Shown: positions 10,716-21,543, counted from the stretch's first letter. The stretch: 64,000 nucleotides of DNA from an uncultured Dorea sp. (GCA_910584095.1 CAJTYU010000014.1:8710-72709); one strand, 5' to 3'. The notes: generated by a model not told the origin, from the letters alone. Translations and numbers: made by a program.

Positions 10716-12002
10716 GTGGCAGCGTATAAGGATTTATCAAAAAAAGAATTATCAGCATTAAAAGCAGATCTGGAAAAGGAATTTAAAAAAGTAAAAGCAA
10801 AGGGCATTAAGCTCGACATGTCCAGAGGCAAGCCGTCAACCGAGCAGCTCAACCTGTCCATGGAGATGATGGACGTCCTCACCAGTAAATCCGACTTGGT
10901 TTGCGAGGAAGGTGTAGACTGCCGCAATTATGGAGTATTAGACGGCATCAAAGAAGCAAAACAGCTTCTTGCCGATATGATGGAAGTACCAAAGGATAAT
11001 ATAGTAATTTTCGGAAATTCCAGTTTAAATGTTATGTACGATACGATCGCCCGTTCCATGACCCACGGCGTTATGGGCAGCACTCCGTGGAGCAAGCTGG
11101 ATAAGGTCAAATTCCTGTGCCCCGTTCCGGGATATGACAGACATTTTGCAATCACAGAATATTTCGGCATCGAGATGATCAATGTCCCCATGACCCCGAC
11201 CGGACCGGATATGGATATCGTAGAGAAGCTCGTATGCTCCGACCCGGCCGTCAAGGGAATCTGGTGCGTACCGAAATATTCCAACCCACAGGGAATTACA
11301 TATTCCGACGAGACCGTACACCGCTTTGCCAAGCTGAAACCGGCGGCGGAGGATTTCCGCATTTATTGGGATAACGCTTACGGCATTCATCATTTATATG
11401 AAGATAAGCACGATTATTTGATCGAGATTTTTATGGAGTGTAAGAAGGAAGGCCATCCGGATATGGTATATAAATTTGCTTCCACCTCCAAGATCAGCTT
11501 CCCGGGTTCCGGTATCGGCGCCATTGCGGCATCCGACGCCAATCTGGCGGATATCAGGAAGCAGATGAAGATCCAGACCATCGGACATGATAAATTAAAT
11601 CAGCTCCGCCATGCAAGATATTTTGGCGACATTCATGGCATGGTAAAACATATGAGACGTCACGCTGACATTATGCGTCCGAAGTTCGATACAGTTCTGC
11701 AGACGTTAGAGACGGAGCTTAGCGGATTGGAGATTGGTTCATGGTTAGCGCCCAGAGGAGGCTACTTCATCTCCTTTGACGCCATGGAAGGCTGTGCAAA
11801 AGCCATCGTTGCCAAAGCAAAGGAAGCCGGACTGGTAATGACAGACGCCGGGGCTACTTTCCCATACGGTAAGGATCCAAAGGATTCCAATATCCGCATC
11901 GCCCCTTCCTACCCAACCTTAGAGGAGCTGAAAGAAGCAACAAAGATATTTGTCCTCAGCGTTAAATTGGTTAGTATTGATAAACTGTTAGAAAACATGT
12001 AG
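10716..12002 (+). CDS. PLP-dependent aminotransferase (class I/II, aspartate aminotransferase-like)
   Basis: LDMSRGKP, VPGYDRHF, YSNPQG, WDNAY, STSKISFPG (PLP lysine), IRIAPS; GTG start after GGAGG. Confidence 0.9.
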   Translation: MAAYKDLSKKELSALKADLEKEFKKVKAKGIKLDMSRGKPSTEQLNLSMEMMDVLTSKSDLVCEEGVDCRNYGVLDGIKEAKQLLADMMEVPKDNIVIFGNSSLNVMYDTIARSMTHGVMGSTPWSKLDKVKFLCPVPGYDRHFAITEYFGIEMINVPMTPTGPDMDIVEKLVCSDPAVKGIWCVPKYSNPQGITYSDETVHRFAKLKPAAEDFRIYWDNAYGIHHLYEDKHDYLIEIFMECKKEGHPDMVYKFASTSKISFPGSGIGAIAASDANLADIRKQMKIQTIGHDKLNQLRHARYFGDIHGMVKHMRRHADIMRPKFDTVLQTLETELSGLEIGSWLAPRGGYFISFDAMEGCAKAIVAKAKEAGLVMTDAGATFPYGKDPKDSNIRIAPSYPTLEELKEATKIFVLSVKLVSIDKLLENM

Positions 12003-12043
12003 CCCTTTAACTCGTAAGCGGCATATGTCCTCACCTATACAAA

Positions 12044-12095
12044 ACTGGAGCAAATCTGTATAACAGAGACAGATTTGCTCCAGTCTTATTTTATT
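12044..12095 (+). terminator. Intrinsic terminator
   Basis: actggagcaaatctgt / acagatttgctccagt 16-bp stem with T-rich tail, between convergent genes. Confidence 0.85.
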
Positions 12096-12171
12096 TCTTC
12101 TTTACCGGGCTTACAAAAGTTCGCGGGCAGGTTTAACATTTATTGATTCTGTTGTGAGAATTTCTTCTCAA

Positions 12172-14604
12172 TTATTTCTGCACGATATTAATAATCCTTC
12201 CCGGCACATAAATCTCTTTTACAATGTTCCCGGTCAGCTTATCCGCCACCGCCGCCTTTCCGGCTGCCAGCGCTTCTTCCTTAGAAGCGTCCGCCGCAAT
12301 CTTAACAACCGACTTGGTCTTTCCATTGATCTGCACTGCAATCTCGATCTCGTCATCCTTCATGGCCTCTTCGTCATATACCGGCCATCCCGCCCAGAAC
12401 ACGGAATCCTTTCCGCCAAGCTGCTCCCAGATCTCCTCCGCAATATGCGGGGCAAACGGAGCCAAGAGCACCGCCATATTTTTCAGCGTCTCCGTATCAA
12501 TGCCGCCTGTCTTTTTCGCAATGTCAGTCAGTTTATTGGTGTTCTCCATAAATCCGGATATTACCGTATTCAGGCTGAAATTCTCCAGCCGGGTCGTCAC
12601 ATCATAAATCAGCTTATTGCGGACCTTGATCATCTCCTTGTCCGCAGAGATATTCTTGTCCTTGCTGTCCATCACAAGATTCCATACTTTCTTAAGGAAT
12701 CTGGACACTCCGTCGATCCCTCTGTCATCCCACTCAGCGTCTAACTCCGGCGGTCCCACAAACAGCTCATACATTCTCAGGGAGTCACAGCCGTAATCCC
12801 GCACCAAATCGTCCGGCGATACAACGTTCCCTTTGGATTTACTCATCTTAATGCCGTTCTTTCCGGTGATCATTCCCTGATTGAACAGCTTCTGGAACGG
12901 CTCGTCAAAATCGATCGCCCCGATATCGCACAGGAACTTGGTATAAAATCTGGAGTAAAGAAGATGCAGCACCGCATGCTCCACTCCGCCGATATACATA
13001 TCTACCGGAAGCATTTCATCCGCCTTCTCCCTTGATACAAGCTGATCGCTGTTATGGTTATCCACATACCGCAGGAAATACCACGATGAACCGGCCCACT
13101 GAGGCATGGTGTTGGTCTCCCTCTTCGCAGGTTTTCCGCAGCAAGGACAGGTCGTGTTTACCCATTCTTCAATCCCGGCCAGCGGAGATTCCCCGGTTCC
13201 GGTCGGTTCATAGGATTCCACATCCGGCAGCGTCAAGGGAAGGTCTTCTTCCGGTACCGGAACGCATCCGCAGTCCGGACAGTGAATAATCGGAATCGGC
13301 TCGCCCCAGTAACGCTGGCGGGAAAATACCCAGTCCCGGAGCTTATAGTTCACCGTCGCACGGCCAATCCCCCTCTTCTCGATCATATGAGGCGCCTCTT
13401 TTTTCAGGACCGCAGACTCCATGCCGTTCCACTCGCCGGAATTGATCATCGTTCCGGCAGCCTCGGTATACGCCTCGGTCATATTCTCGATTTCTTTTCC
13501 GTCCTTGGCGATAACCTGCACGATGGGAATCCCGAATTTAACGGCAAATTCAAAGTCCCTGTCGTCATGGGCGGGTACGCACATAATCGCCCCGGTACCG
13601 TAATCTGCAAGAACGTAATCGGACAGCCAGATCGGAGTCTTCTCGCCGTTTAACGGATTAACGGCGTAGCTTCCGGTGAATACGCCGGTCTTTTCCTTAT
13701 CCTGCATACGGTCTACGTTGGATTTCATGGACGCGTCGTAAATATATTTCTCTACCGCTTCCCTTGTCTCGTCGGTCGCAAGCTTTGCGGCCAGCTTATG
13801 TTCGGGAGCCAAAACCATAAAGGTAGCGCCGTAAAGCGTATCCGGCCTAGTCGTGTAAACCGTAATCTTTTCATCCATGCCCTCCACCGGGAAATCAACC
13901 TCCGCGCCGTAAGATTTGCCGATCCAGTCTGTCTGCATCTTCTTTACCTTTTCCGGCCAGTCCAGCTTATCCAGATCCTTTAACAGGCGCTCTGCATAGG
14001 CGGTAATCTTCAGCATCCACTGGCGGAGGTTCTTCTTTGTCACCTCCGTACCGCAGCGCTCGCATTTGCCATTGACCACTTCTTCATTGGCAAGGCCGGT
14101 CTTGCAGGACGGACACCAGTTAATCGGAAATTCCTTCTCATATGCAAGGCCTTCCTTGAACATCTTTACAAAAATCCACTGGGTCCACTTATAGAACTCC
14201 GGATCCGTGGTATTTACCTCCATATCCCAGTCATAAAGAGCCGCGATCTCATTGATCTGCTTCTTAATATTCGCCACGTTCTGAGCCGTGGACTTCGCGG
14301 GATGGACTCCCATCTTAATCGCATAATTCTCTGCCGGAAGGCCGAAAGCATCCCAACCCATCGGATGTACCAAATAGTAACCCTGAAGCAGCTTATATCT
14401 GCTCCATACATCAGAAATTACATATCCTCTCCAGTGTCCTACGTGGAGGCCGTTGCCCGACGGATAGGGAAACATATCCAGGCAGTAATACTTCTGCTTC
14501 TTATTTCCCTCCTTATCAACCCTCGGGTTCACCGGGTTCTTCTCCCAGTTCTCCCGCCATTTCTTCTCGATTGCCTTGTGATTGTACACAATCCTCTGTG
14601 TCAT
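12172..14604 (-). CDS. leuS: Leucyl-tRNA synthetase
   Basis: MFPYPSG..LHVGH (HIGH), GGVEHAVLHLLYSRF, KMSKS; real start MTQRIVYNH at 14604. Confidence 0.98.
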   Translation of the reverse strand: MTQRIVYNHKAIEKKWRENWEKNPVNPRVDKEGNKKQKYYCLDMFPYPSGNGLHVGHWRGYVISDVWSRYKLLQGYYLVHPMGWDAFGLPAENYAIKMGVHPAKSTAQNVANIKKQINEIAALYDWDMEVNTTDPEFYKWTQWIFVKMFKEGLAYEKEFPINWCPSCKTGLANEEVVNGKCERCGTEVTKKNLRQWMLKITAYAERLLKDLDKLDWPEKVKKMQTDWIGKSYGAEVDFPVEGMDEKITVYTTRPDTLYGATFMVLAPEHKLAAKLATDETREAVEKYIYDASMKSNVDRMQDKEKTGVFTGSYAVNPLNGEKTPIWLSDYVLADYGTGAIMCVPAHDDRDFEFAVKFGIPIVQVIAKDGKEIENMTEAYTEAAGTMINSGEWNGMESAVLKKEAPHMIEKRGIGRATVNYKLRDWVFSRQRYWGEPIPIIHCPDCGCVPVPEEDLPLTLPDVESYEPTGTGESPLAGIEEWVNTTCPCCGKPAKRETNTMPQWAGSSWYFLRYVDNHNSDQLVSREKADEMLPVDMYIGGVEHAVLHLLYSRFYTKFLCDIGAIDFDEPFQKLFNQGMITGKNGIKMSKSKGNVVSPDDLVRDYGCDSLRMYELFVGPPELDAEWDDRGIDGVSRFLKKVWNLVMDSKDKNISADKEMIKVRNKLIYDVTTRLENFSLNTVISGFMENTNKLTDIAKKTGGIDTETLKNMAVLLAPFAPHIAEEIWEQLGGKDSVFWAGWPVYDEEAMKDDEIEIAVQINGKTKSVVKIAADASKEEALAAGKAAVADKLTGNIVKEIYVPGRIINIVQK

Positions 14605-14695
14605 AAAACTTCCTTCCTTTCCTTTTATATAAAAGAATGTACCCCATTCATCCTCCCTGAATGTTTTTTTACATAGGGAACAAAATTTCCTAATA

Positions 14696-14965
14696 CGATG
14701 AAAAACCCTTTCATCCCGTAAGAGACGAAAAGGGTTCATTCCGTGGTACCACTCTCATTCACACAGCTAAAGCCGCATGCACTCATTGCTTCTGTAACGG
14801 GAAGTCCCGCCGCCGGCTCGCCGAGAGTACGTCCATCGTCACACCCTTCCGCTCACTGACAGAACTCCGAGGCGAGTTCGGAGATTACGCTTCTGCCTCG
14901 CACCGCCCGGCAGCTCTCTGAAAACGATAGGCTCTTACTGCTCCTCATCTCTGTTTTTCTCTTTT
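14696..14965 (-). ncRNA. T-box riboswitch leader (Leu, specifier CUC)
   Basis: Minus strand: AGTA..AGAGAGCTG..GGTGCGAG stem I motifs; GAA-CTC specifier (14874-14876); T-box GAGTGGTACCACGG (~14741-14754); terminator at 14700-14737 before leuS. Confidence 0.92.
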
Positions 14966-14980
14966 TCTTACATACGCATT

Positions 14981-15009
14981 ATTATAAGTAGAAACAGCAA
15001 AGAAGTCAA
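14981..15009 (-). promoter_or_regulatory. sigmaA promoter of the leuS leader
   Basis: TTGACT-17 nt-TATAAT. Confidence 0.85.
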
Positions 15010-15056
15010 GCAGTTTTGCCGATTCCAAACCCATCTGCAATTAATTCTTTTTTTAG

Positions 15057-15085
15057 TTGTCCCTTCTGTCTCTTTCGTGTATAAT
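15057..15085 (+). promoter_or_regulatory. sigmaA promoter
   Basis: TTGTCC-17 nt-TATAAT. Confidence 0.7.
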
Positions 15086-15148
15086 GGAATTATAGAATTT
15101 GAGCGACAAAAGCTACTCAAAAATATCTACATAAAGGAGTTGTTTCCA

Positions 15149-15571
15149 ATGGTAAATTTATTAACAGGCCCTAAAGGCAGCGGAAAGACACAGAAGATGA
15201 TGGATCTTGCCAACGAACAGGTAAAAGTTTACAAAGGTAATCTTGTATTCTTAAAGAACAGCCATCGAGACACAAGAAATGTAGGCTTTTCTATTCGTGT
15301 GGTATGTATGGACGACTACCCGGCAATCACAAACGCAGATGGTTATATTGGCTTCTTATATGGAATGTACAGTGCAAATCATGATTTAGAGTGCGTATTT
15401 ATCGACGGCATTATGAAACAGGCAGAATTTGGTATGGAGAATATTCCAGGCTTTATTGCTAGATTAAAACAGCTCTCTGCTGAATGCGGCGTTGACTTCT
15501 ATGTAAGTCTCAGCGCAAAGCAGGAAGAACTGACAGATGAAGTATTCCATGGCTGTAATTTTATAGCTTAG
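15149..15571 (+). CDS. Small P-loop NTP-binding protein of unknown function
   Basis: Walker A GPKGSGKT at the N-terminus, Walker B-like CVFIDG; AAGGAG RBS. Confidence 0.75.
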   Translation: MVNLLTGPKGSGKTQKMMDLANEQVKVYKGNLVFLKNSHRDTRNVGFSIRVVCMDDYPAITNADGYIGFLYGMYSANHDLECVFIDGIMKQAEFGMENIPGFIARLKQLSAECGVDFYVSLSAKQEELTDEVFHGCNFIA

Positions 15572-15809
15572 TCCCACGTTAAAATTCCTCTTTTGTTTCA
15601 CTGAGGACTCATTTTCGAGAGTGCATGCGTAAAAGCGCGGGCGCAGCAGACTGCGCCGAGGCTTCTATACACATGTACTCTCGTTCGTATTTATGCCGGA
15701 GCTATTACGCAAAGGCTTTGAATAACCGATTATAATGCACCAGTCCCTTCTTAATTCTACTTATAGCTTATCCGCGCAATATAATAAGCAGAAGACCAAC
15801 TTCCTGCGC

Positions 15810-16745
15810 TCAGCACAGTCTTTCATATAATAATACAACCAATGGCATGCTGATAATACAGAATATTACTGACATCACATTAATCACACTGGCATACCTT
15901 GCATCCCCGTCGTAAATCTGCGTGATCTGGGTTACCATCACCGCAACAGGCGCGCTGGCTGCCAACAAGGATACCAGAAGAATATATCTAGCGTCCGGAT
16001 GAATCCCCATCCGCACTACAAACGCAAACAAAACCGCAGTAATCACCGGAAAGACTACCAGGCGAAATGCGCTGATCAGATATGGCCGCTTCCGTGTAAG
16101 CACCCATTTCAAATCCATATTTCCAATCAGCATTCCCACTACCAGCATACTAACCGGGCCAATGGCGCCGCCGAATCCATCAATCGAACTCTCTAATGCA
16201 TCCGGAATCCGGATTCCGGTAAAAAATAAGATCAGTCCAACAATAATCGCAATAATATTCGGATTAAGAATAATATGCTTCAGATTCCCGTTTTCCCTTC
16301 CGCGGCTTAGCAGCGACTGCATATGCGTCCATGTCAGAACGGTCGATACCATCATATAGGCACAAGTGTAGAACACCCAGTCCTCTCCCAGCACATAAGA
16401 TACCAGCGGCACGATCAAATTCCCACAATTAGAATAAATAACAGACGCACGCTCAATCGGCGTCAGATGCAGCGGCCCGGAGAGCAGCCTTCCCCCTATT
16501 GCAAACAAAATCTGCGCTGCCACCGCCGCTGCCACCGCCAATCCCAGTCCTTTTAGCTTCTCCGCCGTAAAATCTATCTGAAAGGACTTAACAATCACAC
16601 AAGGCGACAGCACATAGGCAACCAGCCAAGAGATAACCTTACTGTCATCTTCTCTCAATATCTCATATTTTACAATCAGCAATCCAATAAACGCAACCAA
16701 AAAAAGAACCCCGATCTGCGCTGCCAATAATATACTTAATCTCAT
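15810..16745 (-). CDS. AEC (auxin efflux carrier)-family transporter
   Basis: About 10 TM segments; YSNCGNL..PLV, NPNIIA, ASAP motifs. Confidence 0.85.
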   Translation of the reverse strand: MRLSILLAAQIGVLFLVAFIGLLIVKYEILREDDSKVISWLVAYVLSPCVIVKSFQIDFTAEKLKGLGLAVAAAVAAQILFAIGGRLLSGPLHLTPIERASVIYSNCGNLIVPLVSYVLGEDWVFYTCAYMMVSTVLTWTHMQSLLSRGRENGNLKHIILNPNIIAIIVGLILFFTGIRIPDALESSIDGFGGAIGPVSMLVVGMLIGNMDLKWVLTRKRPYLISAFRLVVFPVITAVLFAFVVRMGIHPDARYILLVSLLAASAPVAVMVTQITQIYDGDARYASVINVMSVIFCIISMPLVVLLYERLC

Positions 16746-16829
16746 GTACCTTCACTCTCATCCTTAATAATGGAACAATCCAGTCTTTCAACTGGACTGT
16801 CCTGCATCTCTATAATTTATTGTAATATA

Positions 16830-18425
16830 TTATTCTACAGATAATACTGTATTCGTTTCCTCGCCTTCTTTATACTCCAAGGTTACCTCCTGTCCGATGT
16901 CATACCGGATAATATCAATATATTCTGCTACCGGCACGTCAAATATATCATCCGATCCCTCTATCATCAAATAATAGTGGGAATTACCCTCGATAACGCT
17001 CTGGGCAATCTTTTCAATCTTACCTGTAACAGTCAGTACCTCTCTTGTATCCTCCGCAGTCTCCTTAATTCCATTGGAATATAAAAGCTTCAGATAGCTT
17101 TCTTCACATTCGCCGACCGTATCTCCGATCGCTACGATCTGATACTTCTGGACATTTACCAGCGCATATTTCTTAACCAGTCCCGCATCATCCTTCAAAG
17201 CGATAAAATACGTAGGCTCATCCTGCAGATTCAGCAGCAGCGGGAATGTGGCCGTATAATGAAGGTTCTGCACCTGCCCCTCCGCAGACTGCATTGCCGC
17301 CGCCTCGGTGGCGCCTTCCACCTCATAATATTTGGTCTCCATAGTACGCTGATTCGACAGCATGAACCCCACATTGGATTGATCCCCATTTACTGAAGTA
17401 ACGCCGGTATACATCCACACGTCGTCCTCCAGCGCCAGATAATTATACCCGGAGGTCGTCTGCAGGCAGTCCTTCTGTCCCAGTACGCTGTTTAAGAAAC
17501 CGTGCTTTAAAGTTCCGTAATAGTCAAACAAATTCACCAGAAGATCTGCGGAATAAGCGCGGTCGATCCATTGGGGCGCTTCCTCAATGTCATAGGATTC
17601 ACACTCCCCTGTCACCGCGTTGCAAAGGACGACGCGCCCCACGGTTTCCCCGCCGAACAGGCCGATATTGAACTTCTTCACCGGCGCAATCCAGTAGGGC
17701 ACGCCGTTGTCGTCAATCTCAAAGCTCAGCGTCCCAAAGATATAAGTAGGGTACTTAAATCTCAAATGCCTGTAGATATTCCGGTTCAGATACTCGCTGG
17801 CCGAATACTTAATTCCCTCCTCCAGCTTTACAAGCTCCGTATTCTGGCTTGCCATATCAATACGGATATAAGCCGGGATTCCCTCCGACTGGTTGGTGAT
17901 CCACTTGATAAAGCTTGCGTACTTTAACGGCGTCACCCGCACCGGACGTTCCTTATAATTGATCTGGCTGTAAATATCGTCAGCCTCAAACTGGGACACC
18001 ATGTCCACCATGCTTCCCATCTTCCTGTCTCCTAAAATCTCTGCCGTATCCTTGTCCAGAAGCGGCACCTTGTCAAAGGAAATTTCCTCTACGTCGTCTG
18101 TAAAATTCCCCTCCTTCACCTTCATCAGCTTCTGATACTTCTTCGCGTTTACAATCGGGGAGGAAAGAATTGTCCCGATCACATAAACTACGCCGATTAT
18201 AAGCAAAAGCCGGAGCAGCCATTTGGCCGTCTTCGATTTCCTGATATCCTGAGGCCGCATCTTCTTACGGATAATATACCACGCCAGTATTACCACAACA
18301 AAGCCTACGATAAAAAACCATGTATCCGAAGAATGGATATTGATAGCCGGCAGGGAAATATAGTAATACAAGCCCGCCAGAATCACCAGTGCAACTGCAA
18401 TTGTAACCTTTTTGGTTGTTTTCAT
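16830..18425 (-). CDS. Conserved membrane-anchored protein (3 N-terminal TM + large extracytoplasmic domain)
   Basis: Long ORF, hydrophobic N-terminus, WMYTGVTS..DQSNVGF and GATE.AAM.SAEG motifs; function unknown. Confidence 0.75.
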   Translation of the reverse strand: MKTTKKVTIAVALVILAGLYYYISLPAINIHSSDTWFFIVGFVVVILAWYIIRKKMRPQDIRKSKTAKWLLRLLLIIGVVYVIGTILSSPIVNAKKYQKLMKVKEGNFTDDVEEISFDKVPLLDKDTAEILGDRKMGSMVDMVSQFEADDIYSQINYKERPVRVTPLKYASFIKWITNQSEGIPAYIRIDMASQNTELVKLEEGIKYSASEYLNRNIYRHLRFKYPTYIFGTLSFEIDDNGVPYWIAPVKKFNIGLFGGETVGRVVLCNAVTGECESYDIEEAPQWIDRAYSADLLVNLFDYYGTLKHGFLNSVLGQKDCLQTTSGYNYLALEDDVWMYTGVTSVNGDQSNVGFMLSNQRTMETKYYEVEGATEAAAMQSAEGQVQNLHYTATFPLLLNLQDEPTYFIALKDDAGLVKKYALVNVQKYQIVAIGDTVGECEESYLKLLYSNGIKETAEDTREVLTVTGKIEKIAQSVIEGNSHYYLMIEGSDDIFDVPVAEYIDIIRYDIGQEVTLEYKEGEETNTVLSVE

Positions 18426-18560
18426 TTTTTTAGTCCTTTCATAACGCATAACACATCGCTGCATAATATTCTTGCATTATAACACTTTTACTCTGCGACT
18501 TCAAGGCACAGAAGACTACTGCTAGAGGCCGCGCGGAAATTACTGAGCGTGAAATGCGTA

Positions 18561-18608
18561 AGATAGGTATACGAAATTCCAATTTATGCGGATTCCGTAT
18601 ACCTATCT
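18561..18608. terminator. Long hairpin after the sugar-acid operon
   Basis: agataggtatacg ... cgtatacctatct inverted repeat just past the kinase stop; no clear U-tract. Confidence 0.6.
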
Positions 18609-18612
18609 CCTA

Positions 18613-19647
18613 TTATCTTCTTATATCATAGTTCATATTCATCAGGTTTTTGATGCTCTGTGCGTCATCTGTAATATTGCCGTCTCCATGAATGGTATGC
18701 TTAATCGCGCTGCTTGCGACAGCAAAGTTTATCATATCTTCCGGCGTAAAGTTCTTCATCATAGCATAAATCAGCCCGCTGGCAAATGCATCTCCGCCGC
18801 CTACCCGGTCTAAGATATGAAATGTATAGGTCCTGCTCTCACTGGTCTTTCCCTGATACCACATATAGGCTTTCAAGCTGTTTTCGCTTCCGCTGTGGGC
18901 ATAGCGTACATGCCGGGCAATACATTTTATATTGGGATACCGTGAGATAAATTCCCGGAAAACTGCATCCTGCTGTTCATAATCCGGATGGAACGGAATA
19001 TCATCCTTATAATCCCTCCCGTCCGGCCCCGGCAGGTGATAGGGTTCGATTCCCAGTAATACGTCTACGTACGGCAGACATCCGGTACAATAGTCCCTTG
19101 CTTTCTCCCAGCTCCAGAGCGCGCTTCGGAAATTCCCGTCAAAGCTGACCGTCATATCCAGTTTTTTTGCAGTTTCCAAACAGCGCATAATCAATCTCCC
19201 CAGCCCTTCTCCCAACGCCGGAGTAATCCCAGACAAATGCAGCCAGTCATATCCTCTCAGCAGCTCTTCTACATCAACCTTAGAAAAATCATATTCCGTC
19301 ATTGCGCTGTGCTTCCGGTCATAGATGACTTTGCTGGCACGAATCCCATATCCGGTTTCCAGAAAATAAGCGCCCAGCCTGTGGGTCGGAGCCTCCTCCT
19401 TTGCAGCGCGGATCACCGGCGTACAATGTACATCATTGCTCCGCAGCATCCGGATCGCGCTTTTCCCAAGGCTGTTATCCGGCACTACCGTAAAGAAAGT
19501 ACTGTCAATTCCCAAATTAGCCAAGGCCAGCGCAATATTCGCCTCGCTTCCCCCATAGCTTGCCCGGAAACTATTCGCCATCCGTATTTTCCCATAATCA
19601 GGCGGCGTCAGCCGGAGCAGTATCTCTCCGATCGTAATAAATCTCAT
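18613..19647 (-). CDS. PfkB-family sugar kinase (2-keto-3-deoxygluconate kinase-like), copy 2
   Basis: GEILLRL, GGSEANIA, SFDGNFR, DRVGGGDAF. Confidence 0.85.
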   Translation of the reverse strand: MRFITIGEILLRLTPPDYGKIRMANSFRASYGGSEANIALALANLGIDSTFFTVVPDNSLGKSAIRMLRSNDVHCTPVIRAAKEEAPTHRLGAYFLETGYGIRASKVIYDRKHSAMTEYDFSKVDVEELLRGYDWLHLSGITPALGEGLGRLIMRCLETAKKLDMTVSFDGNFRSALWSWEKARDYCTGCLPYVDVLLGIEPYHLPGPDGRDYKDDIPFHPDYEQQDAVFREFISRYPNIKCIARHVRYAHSGSENSLKAYMWYQGKTSESRTYTFHILDRVGGGDAFASGLIYAMMKNFTPEDMINFAVASSAIKHTIHGDGNITDDAQSIKNLMNMNYDIRR

Positions 19648-19679
19648 GGTATTTACCTCTCTGTATTTTCTTCTCATTA

Positions 19680-20777
19680 TCAGCGCTGTACTCTGGCTCC
19701 CGCGCCGCCCATAACCGCTTCTACTTCTTTTCTGCTAGCCATAGTCGTATCGCCCGGAGTTGTCATTGCAAGCGCGCCGTGAGCCGCTCCATAATTCACC
19801 GCCGTTCCTGCGTCCTCTGTCGTCATCAAGCCGTAAATCAATCCCGATGCGAAGGAGTCTCCGCCGCCTACCCGGTCCAGAATCTCCAGCCCATTATAAT
19901 CCTTTGCCTTATAAATCTCTCCGTCCGCCCAGCAGATGGCGCTCCAATCATTGACTGTAGCAGTTTTCACTGTACGGAGCGTCGTTGCTACCGCCTTGAA
20001 ATTCGGATAAGCCAGCGCTGCTTCATTGATCATCTTCCGGTAACCGTCCAGATTCAATTCCTTCAGGTTTTCATCGTTCCCTTCGATCTCGAAGCCCAGA
20101 CAAGCGGTAAAGTCCTCCTCATTTCCAATCATAACGTCTACATATTTAGCAATTTCCTTATTAATCTCCTGAGCCTTTGCCTGACCTCCGATGGCGCTCC
20201 ACATAGAAGGGCGGTAATTCAGATCATAGGAAACCAGAGTCCCATATTTCTTTGCGGTCTTGATTGCCGCAAGTACCGTTTCACAGGACTGTTCAGAAAG
20301 CGCAGCATAAATACCTCCGGTATGGAGCCACCTTACTCCTAATTCCCCAAAAATATACTCGAAATCAAAATCCTCCGGCGTCGCTTTGGAGATGGCTGTA
20401 TTCGCCCGGTCAGAACATCCTACCGCGCCCCGGATCCCATATCCCCGCTCGGTAAAATTAATACCGTTCCGGCAGATCCTTCCGATCCCGTCAGTTTTCA
20501 TCCACTTAATTAAAGAAGTATCTACTCCCCCCTGCAGGATAAAATCCTCCATCAGCATCCCTACTTCATTATCTGCAAATGCAGTAAGAATCGCCGTATT
20601 CATGCCAAAGCATCTGCGCAGGCCTCTCACTACATTATATTCTCCGCCGCCTTCCCATGCGCGAAAGTTCCTTGCCGTACGGATACGTCCCTCTCCCGGA
20701 TCAAGCCGGAGCATGACCTCTCCAAGCGATACTGCGTCATATTTACATTCATTACTGGGTCTCAGATTCAGCTTCAT
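19680..20777 (-). CDS. kdgK: 2-keto-3-deoxygluconate kinase (PfkB family), copy 1
   Basis: GEVMLRLDP, GGGEYNV, YDLNYR, DRVGGGDSF; adjacent to eda. Confidence 0.85.
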   Translation of the reverse strand: MKLNLRPSNECKYDAVSLGEVMLRLDPGEGRIRTARNFRAWEGGGEYNVVRGLRRCFGMNTAILTAFADNEVGMLMEDFILQGGVDTSLIKWMKTDGIGRICRNGINFTERGYGIRGAVGCSDRANTAISKATPEDFDFEYIFGELGVRWLHTGGIYAALSEQSCETVLAAIKTAKKYGTLVSYDLNYRPSMWSAIGGQAKAQEINKEIAKYVDVMIGNEEDFTACLGFEIEGNDENLKELNLDGYRKMINEAALAYPNFKAVATTLRTVKTATVNDWSAICWADGEIYKAKDYNGLEILDRVGGGDSFASGLIYGLMTTEDAGTAVNYGAAHGALAMTTPGDTTMASRKEVEAVMGGAGARVQR

Positions 20778-20851
20778 CTTGATTTTACCTTCCTTTCTGA
20801 CACTTACGGACAGAGCCTTCCTTTTGACTCCGCCGCTTATCTATATAGATG

Positions 20852-21481
20852 TTACCCTCGGATTTCCTTCACAAGCTCGACCGCTTCCTTTGTCATCTCA
20901 CAAATCTTGTCAAACTCTCCCGACTTTATAAGATCTTCCTTTACCATCCAGCTTCCGCCGCAGCAAAGAATCTTGCCGCAGCTTAAATAATCCTTCAGAT
21001 TCCTCGCATTCACTCCGCCGGTAGGCATGAATCTTACCATCGTGTAAGGCGCTGCCAGCGCTTTGATCGTCGAAACTCCTCCGAATTGCTCCGCCGGAAA
21101 AAATTTCACTACCTTCAGCCCTCTCTTTACTGCCTGCGCTACCTCAGAAGGGGTAATGCATCCGGGAAATACCGGAATCTTATGTTCTATACAGTAATCC
21201 ACGATCTCTGGATCAAATCCTGGACTTACGATAAATTTTGCTCCCGCTGCCGCTGCGCGGTCCGCCTGCTCTATGGTAAGCACAGTACCCGCCCCTACCA
21301 GCATATCCGGAAAATGCTCCGCCATCCGACGAATCGATTCCTCCGCCGCATCTGTGCGAAAGGTTACCTCCGCGCAGGGAAGCCCTCCCTTTATCAAAGC
21401 CTTTGCAAGCGGCAGGGCATCCCTTACGTCATGCAGTACTACAACCGGCATCACTCCATATTTTTCTATCATCTTTTCCAT
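20852..21481 (-). CDS. eda: KDPG/KHG aldolase
   Basis: AEVTFRT, GAGTV, FIVSPG, KFFPA, PTGGV. Confidence 0.95.
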   Translation of the reverse strand: MEKMIEKYGVMPVVVLHDVRDALPLAKALIKGGLPCAEVTFRTDAAEESIRRMAEHFPDMLVGAGTVLTIEQADRAAAAGAKFIVSPGFDPEIVDYCIEHKIPVFPGCITPSEVAQAVKRGLKVVKFFPAEQFGGVSTIKALAAPYTMVRFMPTGGVNARNLKDYLSCGKILCCGGSWMVKEDLIKSGEFDKICEMTKEAVELVKEIRG

Positions 21482-21543
21482 ATTACCATCTCCTATTTTC
21501 CTGATCATATTGCTATCTGCAGCAAATACCAGCCGCTCAGATT

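Noticed and set aside
14605..14739. 45-aa N-terminal extension of LeuS
   Set aside because: It runs through the T-box terminator; the RBS supports the start at 14604.
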